From: Nitrospirota bacterium
GTDB lineage: Bacteria > Nitrospirota > UBA9217
Assembly: GCA_963796285.1 (NCBI GenBank)
Contig: CAWCKW010000003.1
Span: 32,001-96,000, forward strand
Reading direction: 5' to 3'
DNA: 64,000 nt
Shown: positions 29,348 through 40,450 of the stretch, one piece after another
Layout: each line of letters starts with the position of its first letter
Position numbering within the stretch: position 1 is the stretch's first letter
Notes under the pieces: model-generated
What the model saw: the letters and a program-made list of their open reading frames with translations, nothing else
What the model was told of the DNA's origin: nothing
Database searches by the model: none
Made by a program: the position numbers and the translations under genes

Positions 29348-29548
29348 AACAATTCCTGCACACCGTAATGAAGGTTCGTATAGGAAGGGACAAAAGATGA
29401 GGGGCAAAGCTGTATCAGTATTTCATGCGTTTGTATTAGTATGAGAGCGTTAATGATCAGGATACGAAGCTATTCCTGCTATTCTCCGCGCCTCTGGGGA
29501 CATGCGGGGTTGGGGTAAAGCTATTTGATTCTGTCTTTCCCCTGCGCC

Positions 29549-29778
29549 GGGCAGCTCTGACGCGAAAGACGCGCATAGCAATGCTGCATTGATCGTAGTT
29601 ACGAGTACAAGACAAGGCAGACACGCCCTGCACTCGCGACGTGGCGCTCGTAAACGCTGGGTGCAGGCGGCCTCACCCTTTTATAAGGGTGAGGGTGGAG
29701 TGCTGCGAGACCTGCATATCAGGGCGGAGGTACTGTTAATATACCCGCCATGCTGCGCGGCTGAGCGATGAGCTGCCC
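29549..29778. ncRNA. Candidate structured RNA (or palindromic DNA element), unassigned
   Basis: Terminal GGGCAGCTC/GAGCTGCCC stem encloses several internal stems. Confidence 0.4.
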
Positions 29779-29924
29779 AAAAAAAACGGTGCACATCTGG
29801 GGTAAGTACCAACTTAGATAACCTTCATAAGACAGATTGTTAATGAAGAATAAAAAGCGATACCTGCTATTAAGTGACCCACATAAAGTCAGAAGATCCA
29901 AAAAAGCTTGCTTCTGTTCCCGTC

Positions 29925-32618
29925 CTATTTTTCATCCAGGATCTCCCGCACCTTTCGCAGGAGGTCGTTCATGTCGACCGGCTTGAGGAGAAAGTTCACA
30001 TCTTTTTCCAGCAGTCCTTGTTTATGCATGACATCGGCGGTGTATCCGCTCAGGAACAGCGCCTTGATAGTGGGCTCGAAGATCCTGATCTTTTCATAGA
30101 CCTCTTTTCCGTTCTTTTTCGGCATAATAACGTCGAGGAGGAGCAGTTTGATCTTGCCCCGGTTGGCCATGAATTTATTGACGGCATCCTCCCCGTTTTC
30201 CGCAGCAATAACAGTATAGCCGCTCTGCACCAGCATGCTGGTCATAAAGCCTCTCACGATCTCATCGTCCTCAGCAACAAGAATGGTTTCCGATCCACCT
30301 TCGATGGGCGGCGATACGGCTGGTTGCGTTTCTTCCGTCGTCGTTTGAGCAGCCGGCAGATAGATCCTGAACGTGCTCCCCCTTCCGACCTCGCTATCGA
30401 CCTCGATAACGCCGTTGTGCTGTCTGATGATGCCATATACCATGGCAAGTCCCAGACCCGTGCCCTGGCCCACTTCTTTTGTCGTGAAGAAGGGTTCGAA
30501 GATATGCTCTTTGGTTTTCTGTTCCATGCCCATACCCGAATCCGTCACGGCGATCAGGGCGTATGTCCCGGGCTTGCGCAGATCGCGGGCCTTTGCAGCT
30601 TCCTCGTCCAGGTATACCAGCCGGGTTTCCATATACACATATCCGCCGTCCGGCATCGCATCACGCGCATTCGTCACGAGATTTATCAGAACATACTCTA
30701 TCTGCCCGGCGTCCGCCATGACGGTTACTTCCTGATCGATCAGGACGCTCTTAAGCTCCACGTCCTCGCCGATGAGCCTTTCGAGAAGCTGCTCCACTTT
30801 CCGGATAATGTTGTTAATGTTCACAAGCTGTATGTTCAGGACCTGTTTTCTGCTGTAGGCAAGAAGCCCCTTGGTCAGGTTGGCGGCACGGTTTGCCGAG
30901 GCAAGGATCTGAGCAACATAGTGCCGAAGCGGTTCATCCTCCTTCATTTTCATCTGTAAGAGGCTTCCGTATCCGATGATCGCAGTGAGGATATTGTTGA
31001 AGTCATGGGAAATCCCGCCGGCAAGGGTGCCGATGGATTCCATCTTCTGGGACTGGCGGAGCTGCTCCTCAAGCAGTTTCCGCTCTGAAATGTCGATACC
31101 TACGCCCACGAGATAACGCTTGTCATTCATGCTCATCCGAAATCCCGTGAGAAGGAAGGGAATGCGTGCGCCGCGCTTCGTAAGGATCCTGACCTCGGCG
31201 GAAGCCTTGCCGGTATCAAATACTTCTTTCATTTTGCTTAGTATCAGATCCCAGTCCTCGAGAAAAAGATTTCGTAAATTAATTCTTGACAACTCTTCAC
31301 CAGAATAGCCGGTCGTCTCTTGAACATTGTTGTTCCATTGGATCAAAGTCCCCTGTTCATCGCAGATATAGAACATCCCCGGCAGGCTGTCAATGACCGT
31401 ATCTGAGAATTTTTTCTCCTGCAGAAGCGCTCCCTCCGCCTTCCGGTGCTCGGTGACATCAATGCCCGTGGCGATCACATACTCGACCGAGCCGTCCTTG
31501 TCAAGGAGTGCGGTGTTCGACCACGCGATCAGCTTTCTCTGTCCGTCCTTCGCCACCCAGTAGTTTTCGTATCTGTTCGGAAACTTTCCTGATGCCAGGT
31601 TCTTGAATACGCCCTTGACCCCTTCCACCTGTTCAGGGGGGATGAGAAAATCCCAGATAAAACGGTCCCGGACCTCTGCGAACCGATATCCGCTTACCTC
31701 CTCGCAGGTACGGTTGAAGCGGACGATCCTGCCGTCACGGTCGAGCACGAGGACAATAGAGCCGACCGTGTCCAGCACCGTAGACATGAAATCGCGCTCT
31801 TTCTTGAGAGCCTCTTCTGCCTTCTTTTGCTCGGTGACGTCACGGGTTATGCCGAGTAGGGCAATAATATCATTTCCCTCGTTGCGGAGGGGCACTGCAT
31901 GGGTATTGAGCCAGAGATGCCTCCCCTTGACACCGGCCACCTCAAAGGTGAGGTTCCCTGACTTTCCCTGGAAGACCTCGTCCGTGAGTTTTTTGAATGC
32001 GTCGCGATATTCCGGCAGGACGATGGTATAGATCGACTTGCCATGGACCTGTTCAAGGGAGTCCACCTGCATCATGGTCAGACCCGCCGGGTTCATCGTG
32101 ATCAACGCACCGTCAGCGGAGACAAGCTTTACGCATTCCGGCTCAGTATCGATGACCGTCTGGAGATACGTTTTACTCTCGCTAAGCTCACGCTCCAGCT
32201 GCTTACGCTCCGTGATATCATGTACCAGGGAAAGGACACCGCTCGTCTTCCCTGATGCATCACGAAGCGGCGTGTTGTACCATTCACAGATGAGCTTGCT
32301 GCCGTCCCTGCGGGTGTTTTCATTCACCGATTTAGTCGGTTCATCACCGTGCGTGAGCCTGGCCCATATCTCGCTGACCTGCGGTTGGGCGCTTGTCGGC
32401 ACGATCAGTTCATACGCATGTTTTCCTCTGGCCTCGCCGGCCGACCACCCGAAGATGCGCTCCGCGGCAGCGTTCCACTCCACCACGTGAAATGAACGGT
32501 CCCAAACGATGTACCCCATAGGCATTCGGTCGAAAATAACACTGGGCGCCTGGAGTGCAGCGCGGGCCTGCTCGGATAGTTCTGCCAGGTTGTCGGTTGG
32601 TTTTTTGTCCGGTGTCAT
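29925..32618 (-). CDS. Cytoplasmic hybrid histidine kinase, 4 PAS + HisKA + HATPase + REC
   Basis: Repeated PAS/PAC motifs, [28 protein letters not shown]-terminal LLLLDVIMP. Confidence 0.95.
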   Translation of the reverse strand: MTPDKKPTDNLAELSEQARAALQAPSVIFDRMPMGYIVWDRSFHVVEWNAAAERIFGWSAGEARGKHAYELIVPTSAQPQVSEIWARLTHGDEPTKSVNENTRRDGSKLICEWYNTPLRDASGKTSGVLSLVHDITERKQLERELSESKTYLQTVIDTEPECVKLVSADGALITMNPAGLTMMQVDSLEQVHGKSIYTIVLPEYRDAFKKLTDEVFQGKSGNLTFEVAGVKGRHLWLNTHAVPLRNEGNDIIALLGITRDVTEQKKAEEALKKERDFMSTVLDTVGSIVLVLDRDGRIVRFNRTCEEVSGYRFAEVRDRFIWDFLIPPEQVEGVKGVFKNLASGKFPNRYENYWVAKDGQRKLIAWSNTALLDKDGSVEYVIATGIDVTEHRKAEGALLQEKKFSDTVIDSLPGMFYICDEQGTLIQWNNNVQETTGYSGEELSRINLRNLFLEDWDLILSKMKEVFDTGKASAEVRILTKRGARIPFLLTGFRMSMNDKRYLVGVGIDISERKLLEEQLRQSQKMESIGTLAGGISHDFNNILTAIIGYGSLLQMKMKEDEPLRHYVAQILASANRAANLTKGLLAYSRKQVLNIQLVNINNIIRKVEQLLERLIGEDVELKSVLIDQEVTVMADAGQIEYVLINLVTNARDAMPDGGYVYMETRLVYLDEEAAKARDLRKPGTYALIAVTDSGMGMEQKTKEHIFEPFFTTKEVGQGTGLGLAMVYGIIRQHNGVIEVDSEVGRGSTFRIYLPAAQTTTEETQPAVSPPIEGGSETILVAEDDEIVRGFMTSMLVQSGYTVIAAENGEDAVNKFMANRGKIKLLLLDVIMPKKNGKEVYEKIRIFEPTIKALFLSGYTADVMHKQGLLEKDVNFLLKPVDMNDLLRKVREILDEK

Positions 32619-32813
32619 CAGACGTTCTCTCTGTCGTATGCTGCGGGGAGAGGCTCCTCTCTCTCAGCCGCTCCGGGAATTACTCGTTATTACTCCCGTG
32701 AGATATCACACGTCTTTTTGTGATGCGCATTCGTAAACGCGAATGTGTCAAGTATATCAAAACGCACGCGTTCCTGCCTGATAAATGACGCGCACCATTT
32801 GATTCGCTACTGA

Positions 32814-33161
32814 CTAAACAATTCCTGACAGACTCTGCAGCAGGGCCCTGGCAGATTTTACAAAACAGACGCCTTCGGGAAGTTTGCAGTTCCCTGCCTT
32901 TTTTTGCCCAACGGCATTGTCGGGCAGCACGATGCCGGCAAGCGCGGTTTTTGCATCAGCAAAAATCCGCTGAAGCTCGGCGGGCAAACCCTGGATTTCA
33001 GCGCCCTCTGATCGCTCGAAATCCGTCAGACTCTGGCGTGACGCTGCGGTCGTGTTTACGAGTGCTTTGCACGTACGGCAAAAAGGGTCTCTCATCTGGT
33101 TCATCAGTACGCCGGAAAGGTAATGATATCCCCGGACGTTATTCACAAGCACCATGATCAT
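32814..33161 (-). CDS. Hypothetical protein with four Cys (CxxC...C..C)
   Basis: DPFCRTCK...AGNCKLPEGVCFVK. GAGGG RBS. Confidence 0.7.
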   Translation of the reverse strand: MIMVLVNNVRGYHYLSGVLMNQMRDPFCRTCKALVNTTAASRQSLTDFERSEGAEIQGLPAELQRIFADAKTALAGIVLPDNAVGQKKAGNCKLPEGVCFVKSARALLQSLSGIV

Positions 33162-33192
33162 CCCTCCTCTGCTTCAGTAGATTGAGAAAAAA

Positions 33193-33240
33193 AGATGCGG
33201 AAAAACGAAGCTGAACAGCTTCGCCCTTCCGCATCCCTTG
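33193..33240 (-). terminator. Terminator after the Re-citrate synthase-like gene
   Basis: gatgcggaa...gaagctg aa cagcttc...ttccgcatc with a minus-strand U-run. Confidence 0.6.
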
Positions 33241-33258
33241 CTTGTTGCCGGTCAGTAC

Positions 33259-35046
33259 TTATTCCGCCCGTACCAGGTCCTCGAACCTGATGTCCACGCC
33301 GAAGACACCGACGATATTGCCCTCGTCATCTGAGATGGGCGCCGACACCGTGATGCAGAGCGCGCCGGTGATCTTCGAGGTATAGAAGTCGGATACGAAG
33401 CTCTTGCCGTCCTTCATCGGATTGATGAACCACGGCCGGTCCGAGAAATTGTCGCCGAGGCCCGAGTGCTCGAACTGGGCCTTGTACTGGATCTGGGTGA
33501 TGTTCCTCGTGATCTTCCTTCCTTCCGCATTGACCACGTACGCGAACTGGATAAAGGCGTTTTCGTCCAGAAGCTTCTGCATGACCGCCTCCTGCATCGT
33601 GTGGTCCGTGGTGCGCATTTCTTTCCGCTCCACCATCTCCTCGACGAGATGGAGTGCGATCTCCTGCGCCTTCTTCTTGAGCTTGTCGAGGTCAGACACA
33701 AAGTACTCGGGGAGGTACTTCTTCACCCGCTCCAGAAGTTCGTCGTGGGAGATGCTCGTGGTCCTTCCCTGTTCGTACTGTTCCATCACCCACTTGTTCA
33801 TCTTGGCGAGACCGGGGTGGCGCTTGTCGATCTTCTTGTCCGCGTCCAGCCCGAGGTGGCTGTTCACCCATTGGGCGATGCCGGCAATGCCCGATTTATC
33901 GGTGATGATCACGCCCATGGGCCGCTTCAGGATCTTCGAGGTGTCGAAGATATTGTAGATCTCCTCGTTCTTCATCATGCCGTCGGCATGGATGCCGGCG
34001 CTCGTGGAGTTGAACTCAGAACCCACAAAGGGATAGTTGGCCGGGATCGGAAAGTTCATTTCCCTTCTGAAGTACTCGGCCATGTCCGTGATGGCCGCGG
34101 TGTCGATGCCGGAATCATTCCCCGTGAGGCTGATATAATCGATGAGCATGGCCTCAATGGGCGTATTGCCCGTACGCTCGCCGAATCCGAGCAACGCGCC
34201 GTTCACGGCCGAGCAACCATACATCCAGGCGGCCACGCCGTTGACGAGCACCTTGTGGAAATCGTTATGGCCATGCCATTCGAGCTGCTCCGACGGCACG
34301 CCGCCGTCGTGGATCAGGGAGTAAAAGATCTCGGGCACGCCGCGCGGCAGGGCCGTGCCGGGGAAGGGGAAACCGTAGCCCATGGTGTCGCAGGCCCGGA
34401 CCTTGACCGGGATCTTGGCCGCTTCCGAGAGCTTCATGAGTTCCTGCACAAAAGGGATGACGAACCCGTTGAAATCCGCCCGCGTGATGTCTTCGAGGTG
34501 GCAGCGGGGAATGATGCCCTGCTCCAGCGCTGTTGCAACGATATCGAGGTACTGCCGGAGCGCTTCCTTGCGGGACAGGTTGAGCTTCAGGAAGATGTGA
34601 TAGTCGGAGCACGACGTGAGAATGCCCGTCTCCTTAAGCCCCATCTCCTTCACGAGCTTGAAATCTTTTTTGTTCGCCCTGATCCAGCCGGTGATCTCCG
34701 GGAAGCGGTAGCCGCGTTCCATGCAGAGCCGGACCGCTTCACGGTCCTTTTCGGAGTAGAGGAAGAACTCGGTCTGGCGGATCACGCCGCCCGGCCCGCT
34801 CATCCGGTGCATGAAGTCGAAGATGTCCGCGATCTGCCTGGGCGTATAGGGCGGCCGGGACTGCTGGCCGTCGCGGAAGGTCGTGTCGGTGATCCAGATG
34901 TCCTTAGGAATATTGGTCTGGATCATCCGGTCCTCGAGCATCACCCGGGGCACGCTCGAATACGGGAACATGTCCCGGAACAGTACCGGCTCTTTCACGT
35001 CCTTGAGTTCAAAGGGTGTTTTTACTGTCTGTTTTTTAATGGTCAA
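33259..35046 (-). CDS. Re-citrate synthase-like DRE-TIM metallolyase with a C-terminal Cache-like domain
   Basis: ITDTTFRDGQQ, TSCSDYHIF, WHGHNDF, GERTGN, AGIHADG. Tail FSDRPWF...YTSKITGALCITVSAPI...GVFGVDI. Confidence 0.82.
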   Translation of the reverse strand: MTIKKQTVKTPFELKDVKEPVLFRDMFPYSSVPRVMLEDRMIQTNIPKDIWITDTTFRDGQQSRPPYTPRQIADIFDFMHRMSGPGGVIRQTEFFLYSEKDREAVRLCMERGYRFPEITGWIRANKKDFKLVKEMGLKETGILTSCSDYHIFLKLNLSRKEALRQYLDIVATALEQGIIPRCHLEDITRADFNGFVIPFVQELMKLSEAAKIPVKVRACDTMGYGFPFPGTALPRGVPEIFYSLIHDGGVPSEQLEWHGHNDFHKVLVNGVAAWMYGCSAVNGALLGFGERTGNTPIEAMLIDYISLTGNDSGIDTAAITDMAEYFRREMNFPIPANYPFVGSEFNSTSAGIHADGMMKNEEIYNIFDTSKILKRPMGVIITDKSGIAGIAQWVNSHLGLDADKKIDKRHPGLAKMNKWVMEQYEQGRTTSISHDELLERVKKYLPEYFVSDLDKLKKKAQEIALHLVEEMVERKEMRTTDHTMQEAVMQKLLDENAFIQFAYVVNAEGRKITRNITQIQYKAQFEHSGLGDNFSDRPWFINPMKDGKSFVSDFYTSKITGALCITVSAPISDDEGNIVGVFGVDIRFEDLVRAE

Positions 35047-35067
35047 CGTAACCTCCGGTGTACAAAT

Positions 35068-35148
35068 AAATTGGAAATTGCAAATTTTAAATTGATGCCC
35101 TGTTTTTTACATTTTGCAATCTCAAATTTTCAATCTTCAATTTCCAAT
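35068..35148. repeat. Inverted heptamer-repeat cassette (AAATTGx / xCAATTT)
   Basis: aaattggaaattgcaaattttaaattg...caatctcaaattttcaatcttcaatttccaat. Confidence 0.75.
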
Positions 35149-35154
35149 GAGTGA

Positions 35155-35814
35155 TTACGCTCCCCGTATTCCCCTGATCGCCGCGGCATAGTCCTTCTTG
35201 CCGAAGACCGCCGAGCCGGCAACCAGGATATCGGCGCCGGCGCCGGCGATCTCGGCCGCGTTCTCGGGCTTCACCCCGCCGTCCACCTCGATCTCGATCT
35301 TCAGACCCAGTTCGTCGATCCGCTTCCGGAGCCGCCGGATCTTGTCAATTGCCGAGGGGATGAACGACTGGCCGCCAAAGCCCGGGTTCACGGACATGAT
35401 GAGCACCATGTCGAGCTCCGGCAGAATATAATCGAGACTCGAAAGAGGGGTCGCGGGGTTCAAGGACGCCGCCGCCTTCACGCCCTTGTGCTCCCGGATC
35501 AACTGGATAAGCCTGTTCAGGTGAAATGCGGTCTCCACATGTACCGAAATATAATCAGCCCCTGCCTTTGCGAAATCGGCGATGTACAGCTCCGGGTTGG
35601 TGATCATCAGGTGCACGTCGAGCGGCAGCGTCGTGCTTCTCCGGGCTGCTTCCACGATCAGCGGGCCGATGGTGATGTTCGGCACAAAGTGCCCGTCCAT
35701 CACGTCGATATGGATGATATCGGCGCCGGCGGCCTCGACTGCCTTGATCTCCTCGCCCAAGCGGGAGAAATCGGCGGACAGGATGGATGGAGCTACCTTT
35801 ATTTTTTTCGTCAT
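35155..35814 (-). CDS. rpe: Ribulose-phosphate 3-epimerase
   Basis: [35 protein letters not shown]. Confidence 0.97.
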   Translation of the reverse strand: MTKKIKVAPSILSADFSRLGEEIKAVEAAGADIIHIDVMDGHFVPNITIGPLIVEAARRSTTLPLDVHLMITNPELYIADFAKAGADYISVHVETAFHLNRLIQLIREHKGVKAAASLNPATPLSSLDYILPELDMVLIMSVNPGFGGQSFIPSAIDKIRRLRKRIDELGLKIEIEVDGGVKPENAAEIAGAGADILVAGSAVFGKKDYAAAIRGIRGA

Positions 35815-35829
35815 GGTATACCTCAAAAA

Positions 35830-35970
35830 ATCAAAATTGGAAATTGAAGATTGGAAATTTTAAATTGCAAATTTGAGTAAATCGGACTTTTTACAAACCA
35901 TCAAATCTCGTACCGATCACTATGCATTTCACTTGAAAATTTCCAATTTCCAATATTCACTTTCCAATTG
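35830..35970. repeat. Inverted heptamer-repeat cassette
   Basis: aaattggaaattgaagattggaaattttaaattgcaaatttg...aatttccaatttccaatattcactttccaattg. Confidence 0.75.
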
Positions 35971-35979
35971 CGCGCCGCG

Positions 35980-36696
35980 CTACCTGTTCACGACAATGTC
36001 CACCGTCGCATCAGCGGCGACCGGGAACCCTGCGCCCGGCTCCTGATGGACGACGACCCGGTCCGTTCCGGTTGCATTGTCCCCTGAAGGCCTCGTGATA
36101 ACGCGGTATTGCAGTCCTATCCTGCCGATGATCTTGAGCGCCTCTTCAGCTTTTGTCCCTGTCAGCTTCGGCATGATATACTGCGGCGCTTTTTTACCCG
36201 CACTGATGAGCATGCTGATGCCCGCGCCTTTTTCAAGCGGGCTCCCGGCCTCCGGGGCCTGCGCGATCACCATGTCACGCTCCACAAGGTCCGAGTACAC
36301 TTTCGACACCGGGCCGGGAGAAAAACCCGCCTGCCGGACCATGAGGTCGGCCTTGCGAAAGTTTTCACCCACCAGTTTTAACGCCTGGGTGTCACTGGGC
36401 CCCAGGCTTACGACCACATGCACCTGTCGTCCCTTCTTTATCCCGCCCCCCGGCGCCGGCGATTGGGAGACCACCGTGTTCCTCGGCAGGGTCGGATGAG
36501 GCTCCTGCCGGTCCACCTTGAGCAGCAATCCCTGCTGCGTAACCGTCTCGATCACGTTCACGATGTCCTGTCCCATGAGGTCCGGTACACGCACTTCTTC
36601 CTGTCGGAGGAGCAACGCGACAACGGCGAATGCGCTCACAATCCCCACGCCGATGAGTACAAAGAACAAACCCAGACCTTTCAGAAAACGTCTCAT
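35980..36696 (-). CDS. PASTA-domain membrane protein (3 PASTA repeats)
   Basis: N-terminal TM, VPDLMG...VVSQSP..G, VIAQAP..G, MPKLTG...QEP..G. Confidence 0.92.
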   Translation of the reverse strand: MRRFLKGLGLFFVLIGVGIVSAFAVVALLLRQEEVRVPDLMGQDIVNVIETVTQQGLLLKVDRQEPHPTLPRNTVVSQSPAPGGGIKKGRQVHVVVSLGPSDTQALKLVGENFRKADLMVRQAGFSPGPVSKVYSDLVERDMVIAQAPEAGSPLEKGAGISMLISAGKKAPQYIMPKLTGTKAEEALKIIGRIGLQYRVITRPSGDNATGTDRVVVHQEPGAGFPVAADATVDIVVNR

Positions 36697-36783
36697 ATCA
36701 GAACCCGCATTTTACCACAGTAATTTTAAGATGCAAGAACTTCTGGCACTGGTCCCCTGCCCGTTGATCCCGGGACCCGGCCC

Positions 36784-38169
36784 CTACGTTTTTTTCATCA
36801 TCCTTACGCCAAAGAACCCGTCCATCTCCGGCGCCTGCGGAAACGTACGGAAGATGCCCCCTGCATCCACGAGCGCTGCCGCTGCCTGTGGAAGAAAGGG
36901 GCGCGGATCATCGATCCTGAAGGAGCTTCCCGGTCCTGAGAGAAACCAGGCGATCACCTCATCGTTCTCTTCAGGTTCCGTGGTACAGGTGGCGTAGACG
37001 AGCGTCCCGCCGGGTCTCAGTAGAGAGGCACAGTTCTCGAGGATCCGCCTCTGGAGCGCCGTATGATCGCCCACCGTCTTCTCTGTCTTGTTCCACCTGC
37101 CGTCGGGGTGCCTGCGGAGTACCCCGAGGCCGGAGCAGGGCGCATCGATGAGGACCCGGTCAAATACCCCTCCCTGATAGCGCGATGCATCGCCCTGGAG
37201 CGGCGTGATGATCGTGGTCCCGAGCCGCCTGCTGTTCTCGCGGATCTTCGCGATCCGGGATGCATCGAGCTCGAGCGCCACGACCGTGCCCTGGTCCTGC
37301 ATGAGCTCGGCCAGGTGCGTTGCCTTGCCGCCGGGGGCCGCGCACGCATCCAGGATCGTCTCGCCCGGCCGCGGCGTAAGCAACAGACCGATGAACTGGG
37401 CCGCCTGGTCCTGGACCACGAACCAGCCGTCCCGATAGGCCTGAAGGGCGCGCAGCCACTGCGGCGATGAAATGACGTCGAGACCGACAGGAGACATGGT
37501 TGTCTCCGAGACCTGCACCCCCTCGGCTTCCAGCGCCGCCTTAAGCGCGGCGCGCGTTGTCTTAAGGATATTGGTCCTGATCGTGAGCGGCGCGGGCCGG
37601 TTGTTCGCCTGGAGCAGGGCCTCGGCAGCTTCGGCGCCGAACCGCGAGACCCAGCGTTTCACGAGCCAGACCGGGTGTGAGTAAAACATGGACATCCGCG
37701 CGACCGGATCCCCGGAGTCCGGATACGTGATCGTGTCCCGTTTTCTGTCCAGGCCCCTGAGCAGTCCGTTCACATATCCGTGCTTGTTGCCATGCTCTTT
37801 AGCGAGTTCCACCGACGTGTTCACGGCGGCGCTCACCGGCACCCGGTCCAGGAAGAGCATCTGGTAAGCGCCGAGCCGCAGGATATTCCGGGTCCAGGCA
37901 TCGGTCGTGCCGATCGGCTTGGCGGAAAAACAATTCAGCACCCAGTCCAGGCGTGCGCGGTTCCTGAGCACTCCGTACACAAGCTCAAGCAGAAAGCCGC
38001 TGTCGCGCGCATCCATGCGTTGCCGCGCCTGTGCAAGCAGCTCATCAACGAAGATGCCCTCCTCGGTACGGCAGAGGATCGTGAGCGCTGTCTCCCGCGG
38101 TATATCCTTATCCACCCTGCGAGCGGCGGCCGCTTCATTCGGTGTGCGGCCTGTGTCATTCATAGGCAT
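36784..38169 (-). CDS. rsmB: 16S rRNA m5C967 methyltransferase RsmB/Sun
   Basis: NusB-like N-terminus, SHPVWLV, DACAAPGGK, DAPCSGLG, YATCT, DGFF. Confidence 0.95.
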   Translation of the reverse strand: MPMNDTGRTPNEAAAARRVDKDIPRETALTILCRTEEGIFVDELLAQARQRMDARDSGFLLELVYGVLRNRARLDWVLNCFSAKPIGTTDAWTRNILRLGAYQMLFLDRVPVSAAVNTSVELAKEHGNKHGYVNGLLRGLDRKRDTITYPDSGDPVARMSMFYSHPVWLVKRWVSRFGAEAAEALLQANNRPAPLTIRTNILKTTRAALKAALEAEGVQVSETTMSPVGLDVISSPQWLRALQAYRDGWFVVQDQAAQFIGLLLTPRPGETILDACAAPGGKATHLAELMQDQGTVVALELDASRIAKIRENSRRLGTTIITPLQGDASRYQGGVFDRVLIDAPCSGLGVLRRHPDGRWNKTEKTVGDHTALQRRILENCASLLRPGGTLVYATCTTEPEENDEVIAWFLSGPGSSFRIDDPRPFLPQAAAALVDAGGIFRTFPQAPEMDGFFGVRMMKKT

Positions 38170-38473
38170 GGCGGTGTACACTCTTTCTCAGCAAGACGTG
38201 ACCTATTCTCGTGATTGCCCGAAACAAAATTGAACACTGCAGAGCACAAATTGCAAAAACCAACATGAAGGGAAAAACACCCTGGCCCGCGGTCATTCCT
38301 CAATTTTGCGATTTGCCTTGGCTGAGACCTCGCTATGATCGTCATCCCCGATCATTGGAGAGCTCCGTTCTTCAGCGCGGTTCACCCCGTTAGAGCAAGC
38401 CGGCGACTGTTTGCTATAGCCAGTCCCCTGTCTGCTCTTGGAGGGCTGAAAGCGCCATCCGTGACAGTTCGTG

Positions 38474-39253
38474 TTATATCGTTCTCTTACTGGGTTCGGG
38501 GTTGCCGCTTACGAAGAATTCGAGCGCTTCAGCGACCTTGCTGATATCGACGCTGGTGTTGAAGCAGGGACCGAAGGGACGGTCGTTCAGGATACCGATC
38601 ACGGGCAGAGGGTAGGCGTCCTGGATGCCGCTCGTCAGGTCCCGCTCGCAGGCAACGGCAATGATGGCTTCCGGCTTTGATTCCGCCACCCTGCGCCGCG
38701 CAAGTGTTCCACCCGTGGCCACGGAGAGGTGGACGTTGTATTTCCGGGCCAGCTCCACCAGGTCCTTGATCTTGCACTTGCCGCAGGCCTGGCATTTGGA
38801 CGCGTCGCTCGTGACCTTGATGGCGCAGTCGCTGAACTGAAGGCAGTGCGGCATCAGGAGCAGGAGGCGCTTGGGCCTGCTCTGTACGTAGCGGGCGCGG
38901 ACGAGCAGATTGTTCACTTCCACGAAGGACTGCTGCACCTTCTCTTTGGAAATGCCGAGGAGCTTCCCCAGCACGATCATGATGGGGAAGAGCACCTCGA
39001 TCACGATCCCCCGGAGCCGTGCCGCGAAGAAGATCTCTTTCCCCCGGACCAGCGTGAAGATCAATAGTCCCACGCCGAGGATCAGAAATCCGAGCGCCCC
39101 GCTCATGGTGAAACACACGACCTCCGGAGCAAGGGGATGGATGTTTCTGAGCCCGACGTAGGGGATCAGATAAAGCCCCACGGTTATCGCGGTAATGAGC
39201 AGGACCGTGAAGACAATGAGGCCGATGAATATTCTTTTTTTAGGTTCGGACAT
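38474..39253 (-). CDS. DUF116 family membrane protein
   Basis: LMPHCLQ, CQACGKC, VATGGTLARR, AVACERDL, GPCFNT. Confidence 0.92.
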   Translation of the reverse strand: MSEPKKRIFIGLIVFTVLLITAITVGLYLIPYVGLRNIHPLAPEVVCFTMSGALGFLILGVGLLIFTLVRGKEIFFAARLRGIVIEVLFPIMIVLGKLLGISKEKVQQSFVEVNNLLVRARYVQSRPKRLLLLMPHCLQFSDCAIKVTSDASKCQACGKCKIKDLVELARKYNVHLSVATGGTLARRRVAESKPEAIIAVACERDLTSGIQDAYPLPVIGILNDRPFGPCFNTSVDISKVAEALEFFVSGNPEPSKRTI

Positions 39254-39267
39254 GATCTTTAAAGATC

Positions 39268-39366
39268 CTAAATTCCAAAAACAAATCGCCAAATGCAAAA
39301 TAAATTCCATAATCCAATATCCGAACTGATTGGTTATTGTATGTTCGGTCATTGGTGCTTATTTGC
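39268..39366. repeat. Inverted short-repeat cassette (AAATTCC/TTGG type)
   Basis: aaattccaaaaacaaatcgccaaatgcaaaataaattcc...ttggttattg...ttggtgcttatttg. Confidence 0.65.
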
Positions 39367-39368
39367 AT

Positions 39369-40317
39369 TTAGTGCCTTGAGGTTTGAATTAACGCGTCAA
39401 ATTTTTTCCGTTCAACTCCCCGGTGTCCCCGCATGAACTCGCCCGCGGTCATGGGCTTCCTGCCCTCGGGCTGGATGCTCAGGATGCGCAGCAGCCCGCT
39501 GCCGGTGCCCGCCTCCAGGGTGTTGTTGTTCCTTTCGTACAGCCTTCCCGGTTCACCGGATCCCTCGAGTATGGCTGGTCGCGACGATCTTGACCAGTTT
39601 TTTGTCCAGATAACAGTATGCGCCGGGCCAGGGAGAAAGTCCCCTGACGCGGTTATGGAGATCCAGCGCGGAAAGGTCCCAGTCAATGAGGCCGTCTCCC
39701 TTTTTTAGAAGAGGCGCCATGGTGGCTTTTGTTCCGTCCTGCGCGACCGGAACAAGTTTTCCTGACGCGAGCAGCGGCAATGCCGATGTTATAAGCTTCG
39801 CTCCGAGCAATGCAAGCTTTTCCGTCAGCGCGCCGGCCGTGTCTTCCGGGCCGACGGGGATGCTCTCCTGCATCAGGATCGCGCCCGTGTCCATACCCTC
39901 GTCCATCAGCATGATGGTGATGCCGGTCTCGTGCTCGCCGCGGATGATCGCCCAGTTGATGGGTGCAGCCCCCCGGTATGCGGGCAGAAGCGAAGCATGG
40001 ATGTTGATGCACCCGAATTTCGGGAGCGTCAGGATCTCTTGTGGAAGGATCTGTCCGTATGCCGCTACAATGATCGCCTCGGGACCCATCTTCCGGAGGT
40101 TCTCGATGAATTCCGGGTCCCTTACGCGCTTGGGCTGCACTACCGCGATCCCCAGCTCCTGTGCCGCAAGCTTGACCGGCGGCGCAGCAAGGGCTCGGCC
40201 GCGGCCTGCCGGCTTATCGGTCCGCGTGACCGCACCGGCAACATCGTGTCCGGCCGCGACCAGGGCGCGGAGCGGTTCAACTGCGAACTGCGGTGTGCCC
40301 ATGTAGACGAGTCTCAT
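39369..40317 (-). CDS. fmt: Methionyl-tRNA formyltransferase (one +1 frameshift at ~39573)
   Basis: MGTPQFA, INIHASLLP.YRGAAPI, RGLSPWPGA. C-terminal IQPEGRKPM lies in the next frame. Confidence 0.94.
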
Positions 40318-40319
40318 AA

Positions 40320-40441
40320 CAAACTCCAAATCCCAAGCATCAAATGACAAATAATAACCAAGCACCAAATTCCAAACATTTGATCATTGTATTTTGGTTA
40401 TTGGTATTTATTTGGAACTTGGGATTTGTAATTTGGGGCTT
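40320..40441. repeat. Inverted heptamer-repeat cassette
   Basis: aaactccaaatcccaagcatcaaatgacaaataataaccaagcaccaaattccaa...ttggttattggtatttatttggaacttgggatttgtaatttgg. Confidence 0.75.
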
Positions 40442-40450
40442 TCTGAAGAA

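Noticed and set aside
29700-29720. Cobalamin riboswitch (GAGACCTGC) or SRP helix-8-like motif
   Set aside because: The other conserved elements are absent. The region is kept only as an unassigned structure.
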